From the human T2T-CHM13v2.0 reference genome, Homo sapiens: a stretch of DNA of 64,000 nt. Position numbers and translations under genes: made by a program. The stretch lies in NCBI RefSeq assembly GCF_009914755.1, contig NC_060929.1; one strand, 5' to 3'. The notes beneath the pieces were generated by a model. It had not been told where the DNA came from. It searched no databases and worked only from the letters and a program-made list of their open reading frames with translations. Positions 28,612-45,029 of this stretch are shown here, piece after piece; positions within the stretch are counted from its first letter, which is position 1, and each line of letters opens with the position of its first letter.

Positions 28612-29964
28612 TGAGAGGTGATGGCCTGCTGGCACCCCTTGCAGCCCTCGCTCGCTCTCGGCACCTCCTCGGCCTCCGCGCCCACCCACTCTGGAGGTGC
28701 TTGAGGAGCCCTTCAGCCCGCCACTGTGGGAGCCCCTCTCTGGGCTGGCTGAGGCCGGAGCCGGCTCCCTCTGCTTGCGGGGAGGTGTGGAGGGAGAGAT
28801 GCAGGCGGAACCGGGGCTGCCCGCATGGCTCGCATGTCCGGGTGAGCGTGGGCTGGGCGGGCCCTGCACTCCGATCGGTGGCCGCCGTGCCCCCGGCTCT
28901 GGGCAGTGAGGGGCTTAGCACCTGGGCCAGCAGCTGTGGAGAGTGTGCTCTAATTCTCTAATTCTCCCCGGGCCTCAGCTGCCTCCCTGCGGGCAGGGCT
29001 TGGGACCTGCAGCCCACCATGCCCAAGCCTCCCCTCCTCCACTCTGGGCTCCTGTGCAGCTGGAGCCTCCCCGACCAGTGCTGCTCCCTGCTCCCCAGAG
29101 TCGGGTCCTGCCCAAGAGCTGAGGAGTGTGGGCACACGGTGCGGGACTGGTGGGCAGCTCTGCCTGCGGCCTTGGCGCAGGATCCAGTAGGTGAAGCCAG
29201 CTGGGCTCCTGAGTCTAGTGGGGATTTGGAGAACCTTTATGTCTAGCAAAGGGATTGTAGATACACCAATCAGCACTCTGTGTCTAACTCAAGGTTTGTA
29301 AATGCATCAGTCAGCACTCTGTGTCTAGCTCAAGGTTTGTGAATGCACCAATCAGCACTCTGTGTCTGGCTAATCTGGTGGGGACTTGGAGAACTTTTAT
29401 GTCTAGCTAAGGGATTGTAAATATACCAATCAGCACTCTGTGTCTAGCTCAACGTTTGTAAGTGCACCAATCAATGCTCTGTGTCTAGCTAATCTAGTGG
29501 GGACTTGGAGAACTTTTGTGTCTAGCTCAGGGATTGTAAACGCACCAATCAGCACCCTGTCAAAACGGACCAATCAGCTTTCTGTAAAACAGACCAATCA
29601 GCTCTCTGCAAAATGGACCAATCAGCAGGATGTGGGTGGGGCCAGATAAGGGAATAAAAGCAGGCTGCCAGAGCCCGCCGTGGCAACCCTCCTTGGTCCC
29701 TGTCTGTTCTGTGGAAGCTTTGTTCTTTCACTCTTTCTTGTAAGTCTTGCTGCCCACTCTTTCGGTTGGCACTGCATTTATGAGCTGTAACACTCAACTC
29801 GAAGATTTGCAGTTTCACTCCTGTAGATCAGTGAGGCCACGAACCCACCTGGAGGAATGAACAACTCCAGACGTGCTGCCTTAGGAGCTGTAACACTCAC
29901 TGCGAAGGTCTGCAGCTTCACTTCTGAAGCCAGTGAGACCCCGAACCCACCAATTCGGGATGCA
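28612..29964 (+). mobile_element. LTR12 (D/E-like) ERV9 solo LTR
   Basis: starts tgagaggtga..ctgctggca; GC-rich U3; tandem accaatcagcactctgtgtctagct units; U5 repeats gctgtaacactca; perfect TSD gcat at 28608-28611 and 29965-29968. Confidence 0.95.
29262..29660 (+). promoter_or_regulatory. LTR12 U3 enhancer/promoter: NF-Y CCAAT array, GATA site and AATAAA TATA-like box
   Basis: 8 intact CCAAT boxes, then gtgggtggggccAGATAAgggAATAAAagc; the known ERV9 LTR promoter layout. Confidence 0.7.
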
Positions 29965-31709
29965 GCATGCTATATGATTTTGGACAAACATCACCATCCC
30001 AGTTTTCTCAAATGCTAATTTAGAGGAAATTTAGTCTCTCATACAAAATTTAAAAGACTGTTATAAAGGTTGAAAAAGATTTGAAAGCCCAGAAATCTGT
30101 ATAATATATTGTTATATTGCCGTTTTCCAAATGGAAGGATAACTGGACAGCTTATAGATTTATGTAAGACTCAGAGCTCCATTATAAATCTATTTATTTT
30201 ATAAATGTGAGGGGTTTAGGGAAAAGGGAGTGTGAAGTCCTACACAGAAAGGAGAGACTGAAAAAGGTCAGAGATGAAAGGAACTTAAATATTATCTAGG
30301 AGAGTGGTTTTCCAGTTTTTTTTTTTTTTTCTTAAAATCTGAGAAACTCCGTTTTCCCCCTCAGACAAAATCCTTATGCACACCCAACACAATAAACCAG
30401 TAAGTGGTGCTATTCTGTTTGAAGGTGTTTATTTCTTACTAGGCTTCCCAGATCCTTGGCGTAGAGCAAGTATTAAATATATTTTAATTCAATTATGTGT
30501 CCCAGGCATCTTCAGAAAGAGGTATTAAAACTTTCCCAGCGTGTTAAATTCTGCTACCTCACCAACGACATCTTGGACCTTGACCTCCAATGTGTGTTCG
30601 ACCAAATTCCCTTCGTAGAGGCTGGGAAGAGAGGTACTTGTTTGAGATCCAAATGATAAAATGCCTGGTATGGGAGGGAAAAAAAAAGATTTTTGTGTGG
30701 GAGAAAAGCCAGTCCTAATTGTATTACGAACACAAGGACATAAAAAAGCTGTTCCATTTCTAAAATCCTAGAGTGGAATGAGAAGTCCTTACAGTGAATT
30801 TGCCTCATCACTATCCGGTCATCCAGTGAGTATTTGCCTAGTATCTGCTGTGCATCAGACATTGCATTTAGCACTGGGATACAGTGTTGGACAAAACTGG
30901 GTCCGTGTTTTCATGGACCATATATTTTGTTGGGAGAGACAGAACGAACAAAGGTAGAAAGATTTTAGACGGTGATATGTGGAATGAAAATAGTTTTCAT
31001 ACCAAGGAACTGAAGGTGGAGCTTCTAAATAGCAGTTGCTCCATACTTGTTAAATGAATCAATAAAGGCTTATTATGGGCCACCAGAGGCCCCAGACCAC
31101 ACGCTGACAATAAATATTTTCAACAATGTAAAGAGTAGAACCGTATCAATTGTAATCTTAGAGTTCCCATGGGGTGCAAGAGAAACTTTATTTTCCTGAT
31201 TGAGTGGGAGTCTGGCTCAGAGCATTGTGGCTAGAGCTTTTAATATCTTTCTATTTCGGAGCTACCCAGCCACGTTTGTGCACCTATAGCAATGTCATAA
31301 AAGCTACTCCCTGCTCGCGGTAATGAAGCACAGAGGAGTTGTGTTAGGAATTTATCTCAGCTGGAGAAGGGACGCTGGAGTAGCCAACTTATAACAAAAT
31401 AACTTTAATAAATTTTGTTGACTGAGGAAAGAAAGGCAAAGCATTTTATGGATCTGGAAAACAAATGAGTTTAGGGCTCAGAGCTGGGAGAAAGTGATTA
31501 CAGAAGAGAAGTCAAAGTTGAGAATAGAAAGAAGACGACTGAGAGGGAGTCAGAGGTGTGAGGAGCCAAACAGGACAAAAAGCTGGGTTCATTTGTACTA
31601 TGGATCCCCTCTGCTGTAAAGGAATGAAAGTGGCAATAAAATATTCACACGAAACCTATTTCAAAAGCCATAGTTCACAAAAAACCATTAATCTCACTGT
31701 GATGGTTAA

Positions 31710-32425
<716 letters not shown>

Positions 32426-33086
32426 CTTAAATTAGAGGCATTTCCCATTTGTATGCTTTGAAAAATCAATTCACAGCAACAGTGTTAGAATTGTGAAGTA
32501 CCTTCTCTTTCCCTAATGTCTGTCATTCTCTTCTTCCTGGCCTAGGTATATCGCTTTCAGCTCAGAGGCTTACGTTGAAAGAGGAAGTTTGGAGATAAAT
32601 GCTCTTTTTCTCTTCATGTCAGTCTGGTGAGATGCCCCTTCAACTCTGTGAAGCCCCTTCAACTCTGGCTTGCCCTGGCTATTGTACTGGCAGAGGGACT
32701 GCCAGGGAGATCTTGTGACTTATGTTGAGTATTTATTCTCTCTGGCAAACCAGATGGTCATAACGAGGAGCCTGGCTTCTGGATTTGCCAGTTACCTTAC
32801 AATGTAGTGGTCACATCTCATTACATCTCAACTCTTACACCATGGAATTCCAGGAAGTTCTGAAGCCCCAGGAGCCTTCAACATCTGAAAGCATTTGGAT
32901 TTACCATTCTGTTTCTCATCCCCTTGTTTGGAGGCCTCCTATACCTTGCTGTGATTGTGTGCTTGTGTGTGTGTGCGTGCGTAGGAATGTGTGTGTGTGC
33001 ATGCATGCTTTGCTGGTATGATGGTTCTCAGCACTGTCTACTGCCTTACATCCAAGTTCTCCCATTTAAGCTGGCCCTCTTAGTAT

Positions 33087-33227
33087 TTTATCACTGACAT
33101 TATTTGGAATTTCTGGTGCATGCTGATAATACAATCAGACTGACTCTTATTGTTTTTAAATTCTCCAAAGGCCATGCCCATGCACCCCTTTATTGCCTGT
33201 ACATAGGGCTGACTTCTTCTACCGCCT
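33087..33227 (+). repeat. 141-bp direct duplication, copy 1
   Basis: matches 35454-35594 with 6 mismatches and no gaps. Confidence 0.95.
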
Positions 33228-33592
33228 TAGGGTCAAAGTCTCTGCTTGGTGGCATCCTATTCACCCTTCATGACCCATCCTGGGCTAGGTTTGATGCTCC
33301 TCCTACCCTGCTTTCTCTATCCTATCACTTATCTGATATGTTTGTTTAACCATCTGTTTTCCCCCTCTCTATTTTAAGGGATGTGGAAGCAGAGAATGTG
33401 TCTGTTTTGCTCACCATCACATTTGCGGAGTCTAGCCCAATGCCTGGCATGGAGTCAGGATGCAATCATAATTTGCCACATGGAGGAATAAATGGTTGGC
33501 TTGTCCCGTGACTGGCCACTCTCTGTCTTACTTCCTCATCTGTAAAATCGAGCACTTTCTTTACTTACATCATAAGATTTCCATGAAGGTGA

Positions 33593-33888
<296 letters not shown>

Positions 33889-35453
33889 TGATGAGCATTT
33901 TTTAAAAGAGTGCAAAAAGAACTGTATAAAACTGTGAGGTGGTAATTGTTACGCGTGCTGTTGAGTGGAAAGGTGATGCCTGACGCATCCCTTTGGTTTG
34001 TTGTTCTTTCCTGCTCTTTAGACACAAATATGTGTCAGCATTTAATCAATACTGTCTTTCCAGAGGGAAGATTGACAGAGACAAGACTTCCTCTCTGCTC
34101 CTGTCAGGGTAATGGGTGCCTGTTGAGATGCTTGTCTTAATTTACCTAATAGAGGGCAGTTGCCTCTTGCAAACTTGTTGTTTTGATTTATTCAGCAGAT
34201 TTGCCATGATTAAAGTGTCCTCTTTGTTATTAAGATAAAACCGACCTTTTCTTTCTTGAGGTGAATGACTGATGAAATATATATATATATATTTTACCAC
34301 CCAGTGAGGTTAATTGGATGGTTTCTATCCAGGAACCAACATGTTCTGATTTAACATCAAAATCTTTTTGTAGAAGGCTCAATGCTAGGGAGATTAAATC
34401 TAGGACTAACCAATGGGCACAAGGGATGAAGAGAGATTTTTAAAAATTGACTCATTATGAAGTAGATCTGTTAATGGATGGGCCCAGGGATGGGATGGGG
34501 TATCTTTAAAGGAAGGAGGCAGTGTCTCAGACTGGGGATGTTTACACAGAGGTTGGATGGTCACTGAGCAGGAATAGAGCTAATTTATTTATTCGACAGA
34601 TGTTTAATGAGCTCCTACACTGTGCTTGACACCAAGCAAGGTACTGGGAAGAGGCTGCCCTAAAGCCTGGAGATGTGGGTCTAGTCTTGTTTAACAGTAA
34701 TAGCACACAACTACACAAAAGTAGCAGTTAATGCTCATCAATTGCTTACTATGTGCCAGCACATGGCTCAGCATTTTATGTGCACTGCTTCGCTCCTCAG
34801 AATGCCTCGGATAGGTGCATTTCCCCTTTTTCCACTCACTTGCTGTATGACTTTGGGCTGGTCCCTTTCCTTCTCTGAGCATCAGTTTCCTCATTTATAA
34901 GGATTTAACTCATCCCGGGGACAAAATGAGCTTCCAGGAGTAAGAGAAATTGAGACAAGGGAGCATCTGAGGGGGTGCTGAGCTCCCTGGCTCTGAATTT
35001 TTAAAATTTCTATTGCATATAAAAACCAAGTAGAGGCCATAGGCCTCCTAAAGGTGAAGCTTCAATTTTCAAGGAAATAGGACTATTGAGCAACACCAAA
35101 CAAGGGACAGTGAAAGAGGAAAGGAAAGGTTCTGTCTGATAAATTGGACCCATTATTCTGGTCTGGGCCTGTTTAGACATTTATGACTTAAAGTAATTTT
35201 TCCTCTTTTCCTCACACTGTGTTCATCTCAAGAGAGTTTGGGCCAACAAGTTTAAGGAATTCTCAGGATATGTAGGCACAGACAATGATCTAAGTGCACA
35301 TCTGGTTGCTGGAAGAGTCCAGGGGCTTGGCTTCTGGAACCCCCAGGTAGACTCTGAGGCCAGGCAGGGACTCAGTCAGGACAGGGGACATAATCTTTTG
35401 ATACAACAGACAGTGGCATAGCAAGCATGGGTGGTGGGAGTATAAAAGAGTAG

Positions 35454-35876
<423 letters not shown>

Positions 35877-36413
35877 CTGCCTACCCTTCTATGCCTCTGA
35901 ACATAGGCCCAGGGTCTGTGTCCTAGGGCTTGAGGGGCAGGGGTAAGAAGGAGTTTCTTATGGAAGTCAGGGACTGAGCAAGCACCTCTTGGAGGGAGTC
36001 CCAGATCTGCCTGTATTTCCTTAACTGGGGTCAGAACAGGGCATTCCTTTTTTTTTTTTTATGATTTAACTTTTATTTTATTTTATTTTATTTTTTTAAT
36101 TTTGTTTATTATTGTTATACTTTAAGTTTTAGGGTACATGTGCACAATGTACAGGTTAGTTACATATGTATACATGTGCCATGCTGGTGTGCTACACCCA
36201 CGAACTCGTCATCTAGCATTAGGTATATCTCCCAATGCTATCCCTCCCCCTTCCCCCCACCCCACAACAGTCCCCAGAGTGTGATGTCCCCCTTCCTGTG
36301 TCCATGTGTTCTCATTGTTCAATTCCTACCTATAAGTGAGAATATGCGGTGTTTGGTTTTTTGTTCTTGCGATAGTTTACTGAGAATGATGATTTCCAAT
36401 TTCATCCATGTCC

Positions 36414-38522
<2,109 letters not shown>

Positions 38523-39428
38523 AGTTCATATGGAACCAAAAAAGAGCCCACATCGCCAAGTCAATCCTAAGCCGAAAGAACAAAGCTGGAGGCATCACAC
38601 TACCAGGGCATTCGTTTTTAAAAAAATATTCAACAAACATTTGTTAAGCACTTACTTGATTATAGTACCTGTCATTATCATTGAATTTAATCTTCGAAAT
38701 TCATCCTTTAAGACAAACCATATCCCTGTTTTACAGATGAAGAACTCAGGCTCAGAGAGGAGAAGGCGTTTGTGCAGTCGAGCTTGGGTCAGTATGGCTC
38801 CGGAACCTATGTACCTCTGGTTGATAACACTGCTCCTCCTTTAAGCGCTGTAACCGGCTATTTTCCTGGTTGCCTCTGGTTTGGGGTTGATGCTTTCTCA
38901 GACTGTAACAAGAGCTTACCATGGTAATCAGGAAGGTAGACCTGCCTGTGTTGGTACAGATACCTTGCTACTGAGGATATCAGTGGAAGGAAAAGGGCAA
39001 AGCCCAAATATTGTAGCTCTGGAAAGGAGAACTTAAGGCCTTGGCTCTGTCTTTTCAGTGGGTGGGTTGAGAAGTTTTTAAAGAGGAAAAGGGAGCAGAT
39101 AAATAATCCCATGATCTTGTCAAGTAGCAGCACTATTAAAAATTTCCCAGGAAATTAGGCTAGCTGAGTCAGGTGCATGGGAAGTGTTCTCTTTTGCTTT
39201 CTGCATTTTCCCCAGCGACCTTTCCTAGCATCCCTCATTGCCCCCACAGCTACTCCCACTTCTCAATTTCATCCACTCTCTGGAAGCTCACCTTGTCCCC
39301 AGGCTCAGGGCACATAAGCACCTACATGTTGTCAGACATCAATTCCTGTGGAATCAGAATGGCAAGGATGTGCCAGGTTAAAAATCTGAGCTTTTGTATG
39401 TGAGACCGTGTGTGCGCATGTGAGTGAA

Positions 39429-39461
39429 TGTGTGTGTGTGTGATACACACACACACACACA
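39429..39461. repeat. (TG)7-ATA-(CA)8 self-complementary microsatellite
   Basis: seen directly. Confidence 0.95.
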
Positions 39462-40054
39462 GATGTTAATCTGCTTTGAGTAAACCTTTTTCAAACACAA
39501 CCGAATTCCTAAAGAACCATTTGGAAAGTTCCCAAGGTAGGAAAAGATCAACCACAAGCAACCTTGAAGTAGTAGGTAGAAGGTTTGATTGTTTTTTCTT
39601 GGCAGTAATTTCTTCCAGGCCTGAGAAAGGGGTGGGATAGACAGCAGCTCGCAGGAAGAGCTCTGGGCCGACATTTGCTAAGTGGTCTCAGGAGGGGGCT
39701 GAGGCTTTCAGCCAAGTAGTAGGTTGTCCCCGAAAGCCAAACATTTGGTTTTGAGTTCAGCTCCCATTCGGAATTCATTTCCCAGACCTCAAAGTGCTAA
39801 ACATCACTGTTGTTATTTATTTATTTTTCTTTATTCTCAGGCTTGTTTGTTTTCTGGCAAGGAGCCAAGATAATTTCTGTGAAGGCTAGTGTCCTTCGGT
39901 ATTTGTAAGATAAGGAAAATGCCACGGATGGTGTGTGAAGAGGTTGTACAAAAATTGGACAAGAGGGAATTAAGCCGCCTCTGCTGGAATTACCTTGTTT
40001 TTCTTCCTTCTTAGAAATCAGAAAGTCAGAAGCAATGTGGTCCATCACTGTCAC

Positions 40055-40150
40055 TCCTTCCTTGCTTCCTTCCTTGCCTCCTTCCTTCCTTCCTTCCTTC
40101 TTTTTTATCCATCCTTCCTTTCTTCCATCCATCCTCTTTTTCATCCATTT
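40055..40150. repeat. (TTCC)n/(ATCC)n low-complexity tract at an L2 tail
   Basis: ccttccttg...catccatcc followed by antisense L2 3'-end sequence. Confidence 0.8.
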
Positions 40151-40400
40151 ATGAAAACTGAATTGAGCATTTATTATGAACTAAGGGATACAAAGATGAA
40201 CTAAACACAGTCCTTGGCCTCTAGAAATTTATAGCTGAGTGGGGAAGACAGACACAAACACATTACTGCAATGTAGCAAGGTAATTATTAATATTACAAC
40301 AGAAGTTTGTGAAGGGGATCCAGGGAGCCCAGTATAGCAGGCTGCTGTCTCTGTGTGGCACAGAGGTTGGCGATTAGCAAGGCCTCTGAGAGTAGTGTTT

Positions 40401-41151
40401 TTAAATGGGAGAGTTCACTGATACCCCTCACAGGACATGTGACAGAGGTGTGGCTCACCTGTTCAGTCGCCACCACTGCTGAAACCCCTTACGGGAGGAG
40501 GAGCACACAGACAGACAAGTGCAGGAGCCCAAGTGGGCGTGTATTACAGTGTGCCCTTTCAGCCTTCCCATTTGTAGACAGCTTGAGTGTTAACCATCTC
40601 AGTGGACCCTCTGCCTTTCTGCAAGGGCAGAGGGCTAGTGTGACAGCTTCCTGTATCCTGAACTCTTGTCTAGTGTCCTGGAAAAATTGGGTCACACACA
40701 GCCTGGAAGGATGAATGTGGGAGTTTTATGAGTGGTGGAGGTGGCTCTCAGCAGGATGGATGGGGAGCTGGAAGAGGGGATGGAGCGGTAATATGATCTT
40801 CCCCTGGAGCCTGGCCATCCAGTGCCTGAACCTCTTTCTGACCACCCCCAGCCAAACTCCTCTCTGTGTTCAGACATTCCTCCTCTTCTGTCTTTCTCTG
40901 CTGTGTCGTTCTGCTGTCCGTCTGCTGTCTCCTCATCTCCTCACCTGCTTATCTGCCTCTGGAGCCTAGGGTTCAGGGTTTATATAGATACAGGATAGGA
41001 GGCATGGTGGGCCAAAAGGCAACTTTTTGGGCATAAAAACAGGAATGCCTGTCTTCATTTAGGGCTGTGGGTCTTCAGGCTTGAGGGTGGGGCCTTTGCT
41101 GGGGAACCACTCTCTTCTACCCAGTGGTTTCCCTGTCTCCTGTCTGTATCA
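40401..41151 (-). mobile_element. LTR1-family ERV1 solo LTR
   Basis: reverse complement starts tgatacagacaggagacagggaaa..ctgggtagaagag..ggttccccagcaaaggccccaccctcaagcctg; flanks gttt / tttt. Confidence 0.85.
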
Positions 41152-42049
41152 TTTTCAGATGAATCTTAAAGGAAAAGATGGCAGGGCAGGTTGGTGTAAG
41201 AGCCAAGGCCAGATGCTGTGTGGTTGGTGTGGAGATAGACAGAAAGGGATGACTTAAAGATGTATTATGGGGAAGAAATTGACTAAGTGGCCTTAAAAGA
41301 CAGGAAGGAGCAAGGGACAGGAAGGAGCCTTCTGCAATAATATGGCCACCCTGTCAGTCCCAATTTTGTGGGGGTGGGCAGTAGGAGGTAGTGGCAGGGC
41401 CAAATGGTTCTGTTTTTTGTTTTTTTATTTTCTTACCAAAAGTAATAGAAATGAACATTTCTTCAGTTACTTCAGAATAAGCCCAGTGCCACGTGCTTCG
41501 AATGTATTACCTCAGTGTATCCAAAATGTGGCATATATGTTATGAGAGATTATTTTAGGTGATACCCAGTTGAGGCATTGAATAAAGCTGAATCGCATAG
41601 AGATTTTCCTTTTTAATTCTCTTTGGAGTTTCCTGATTACTTCAAGGACAAAGCTGCGGTTTGAAGCCTCGGTGTTTTTAACTTCGTTTTATACATGTGA
41701 ATCTCCATTTTAACAAAGAGAGGGCAGCCTCAGGCACAGAGTCTGCAGCAGGAAACAGCATTTAGCTAGAATTTAACAACACTTTAATTGTTATTTATTG
41801 AGATAAAATTTTCAGTACAGTTTTCATTAGTATTATTCTTATGGTTACTACCAATTTACGGTAGTACTTGTTTTCCATTTATGGTAGCAGTATAAAGCTT
41901 CCGATTAAAGCACATAAATTTAACTGAAAACATGAATTGATTTAAATAAAAAATATTATCTAACTAATATTTCAGGTTTTATGCAGATTTGGCAAAGATT
42001 GGGAAGGAGTATGCCAATGACTAAAGTTTGCATTATCTCATTCCTTGCA

Positions 42050-42210
42050 ACAACTCTGTCAAAAAATGCTATTTTAATCTCTATTCTGTGTATTAAGAAA
42101 TTGAGATTTATAGAGGTTAAGTAATTTGCCACGGTCATCCAGCTAGCAAGTGCAGAGCTGGGATTTGAACCCAGGCTTTTGTGACTCTGAGTCCCATGTT
42201 TTTAACCCCA
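42050..42210 (-). mobile_element. MIR
   Basis: gaaattgag..tagaggttaagtaatttgcc..ggtca..cagctagcaagtgcagagctgggatttgaacccagg. Confidence 0.8.
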
Positions 42211-42939
42211 AGAATGTAAACCTTTATAGACAATGAAATAGCTGACAGGTGAAGGTAGGCTTCCAGAATATGAGAGCCGGAATGGCCTTATCAAACATTC
42301 AGTCTAGTGGTGTCAAACCTTTTACTACTAGCACCCTTTTTCTTCTTTATTTTTCAATTTCTAAGAGTAGTAACTGAATTTAATGGTATAATTAATTTAT
42401 TCACTCAGTTATAAATTAATTAAAGATGTGCAATGCCTACAGGAGCTTTGGATCAGCTTGAAAGAACCAGTATGGCCTTGGGGTTTAAAAAAAGTAATTG
42501 AGAATAGATTGAACCTCTGTTAGCATCTTCATGGATTCATAGTATCTGTGGTTTCTGGGTTAAGAATGATGGATCTAGGCTGCCTCCCTGTTTATTAAGA
42601 TACAGAGAAAGAGAGTGGTTTGGTCACATGTAAGTAACTGGCAGGGTCAGCAGTCGAGTCCAGATAAAGGGCAGAGGTGCCCTTCCCCTCTGCTGTGCCA
42701 TTCTAAGGGGCCCATTCCTGCTCCAAGAGCTTTTGTCCAAGGACTCAGCTTCCTTCTTGTTTCCTACCACTCCTGAGCCCCTGGTTTCTTGTCATCATTT
42801 GTAGCTCTTAGCTGAATCACAACCACACTGTTTTTCCCTCCTGGAAGTGCATGCACCTCAGGAAAGTGGTCATAAGGTGGTTGTGAAGTCATCCCGAAAA
42901 TGCTCTGGATTTCTCTCCAAGTCCGTGCCTTCTCTAGTG

Positions 42940-43680
42940 ACATCACTATGCACTGTATTACCGTAGAAATCATATTAAAAGAGCCTCCTTGACTTTGCCT
43001 TTGCTCCTCCTCTCCAGGCTCATAATTTGCTGTTTCCCCAACACTCTGGCAACACTGAACTACTTTCCTTGAAACTGCCATGTTCTTTCTTACCTTTTAG
43101 CCTTTGCATATGCTGTTCCTTCTTAATAACAAAGAGAGTGCTGCCATTTATTTGGCACGTACCCTGCGCCAGTCTCTGTGCCAAGAACTCTTTGCTTATT
43201 TAATTTGGCTTTTATCATAGCCCTATGAGGAAGGAATTATTATCCCTACTTAATATATAATGACAATGAGACACAAAGAGAATTAGTAACTTACCCAAGG
43301 TCACACAACCAGCTAACGGCAGCGCCAGTGCCAAGATTTGAATCTGCAAAGTCTGACTCAGGGCACACGCCTTGACTCATCTCCCCTGCCTTGTGATCTC
43401 CCATTCACATGGCTAATTTTTATATGGTGCCTGTTAGGTCTCAACTTTAATATTGATTCCTCTTGGAAATCTTTTTCGATGCCACTTGTCTAGGTTAGAA
43501 TTTGGTATTGCTGTTTCCACAGCATCATCTGTTTCCTCTACTTTGTGGTAATTTTCTCCTTATCTGTGATGTCTACCAGATAGTGAGCAATATGTACATC
43601 ACAGCTGTAACCTTCACACCCAGCACAATGTTGATCATATAGTGAGTATGCAGTACATAACTGTTGACTGAGTGAATATT
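42940..43680 (+). mobile_element. L2 fragment with nested antisense MIR (about 43135-43380)
   Basis: cctttgcatatgctgttccttc...cagcacaatg...ttgactgagtgaat; MIR agtaacttacccaaggtcacaca. Confidence 0.6.
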
Positions 43681-45029
43681 TCATCTTTGTTCCCTCTGGT
43701 TCTTAATCTCCATACTTAGTCATCACACATTGTAATTCCTATCCCTGAAATACCTTCCCTTTCCTATGCACACCCCCATTTTCTCACCTCTATCTTATTT
43801 CTGTCTCATGATCTCTTGTGTGGACAATAAAGTTCTCAAACACTTATTCCCACAAGTGGACAGTTTATTGGGTGATAAAACAACAAGGTTATTTTTGAAA
43901 TAAGGTTGATCATTTTCAATGGCTATGGCTCAACTACCTGTAAACAATCTTTGGATCTGGAAGTGAAGAATCCTTGCCAGCCTGTTTTAACATCACTGAA
44001 CGTCTCAAACCATCATTCAGGTAGACAGAAAGTTGGCCATGGATTAAACTGTGGTTTGTTGGTACAAGTTATGGGTTTTAGGCTGGATGCAGCTAAACTT
44101 TGATTCCTGAATTTTTCTGTAATTTTATATGGGCTTTGTCACGTTGGAAGAGTATATACTTTCAGTTGATCAAAGCCAAGCAGCAATATTTTAAAAACTC
44201 TTGGTTCAGAGAAGAGTGAAGTATTCATAACCCAACCATATGGAGAAAGTTTAAGCTGCAGAACCTCCTGGAAGTTTCAACACACACTCACCATGACCTT
44301 ATGCCTACTTAAGCTATAGCTGAAGTTTTTGGTGCTGTTTGCATTTTGACCTCAATTCTACCTTCAACTTTACAGACTTATTTGGTTCCTAGCTTCTCAC
44401 ACAAGCCTTTCTTTACCCCAGAAGAAACCAGAAATACTTGAGTTCAATTTTGCCATCAAGCATTTTATATACCACACTTAGCTTAAAATAAATTAGATGT
44501 ACAGAAGAGATATGTAGTCATAGGTGCCTTCAAACATATTTCAAGGTAATACCACACATGTTTATATGCAATTGTACTTTCACAATGCCAACAGCATAAA
44601 CAAAATCTTTTCGGGAAGGGACTTTTGAAACACCCTGGCAGTGATTCTCCCAACCAGTGACCCTGGCTCTAAGCTCTTTCTCTTCAATTCCATTCTCCTT
44701 GCTGCCACCTTAAACAAAACTCTGGCCATGTCTCTCCTTTGCCTAAGAACCTGAGCTTTTAAGACCTTCAACAAATTGAGCCAAATAACTGTTTGGCTTT
44801 TCCCTGCCCTATAGTCATCATTCATCATGCTGGGCTGCCCACCCTGAACAGGTCACCTAATCTTCTGCCATTCTTCCTTAGCTGTTTCTTTTGTGTCTCC
44901 CTGGAGGATTTTCTCCCCATATGTGACCTATTTTGTTTTTCCATCCTTCTCAACCTTATGGAAAAGGCCCCACCTCTACAACATTTTCCTAGATCTTCTT
45001 AGTCAGGGAAAATCTCTCCCTTGTATTTC

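Noticed and set aside
28439-29276. GC-rich ORFs and a CpG island suggesting a gene start
   Set aside because: Entirely inside the LTR12 U3 region; ORFs are a consequence of high GC content.
29200-29640. CRISPR-like or novel repeat array
   Set aside because: These are the standard tandem U3 units of LTR12; there are no unique spacers or cas genes, and the DNA is primate.
33087-33227. Duplicated unit as an H/ACA snoRNA or other small RNA retrocopy
   Set aside because: The length fits, but I see no convincing hairpin-H box-hairpin-ACA layout and no poly(A); an Rfam scan would settle it.
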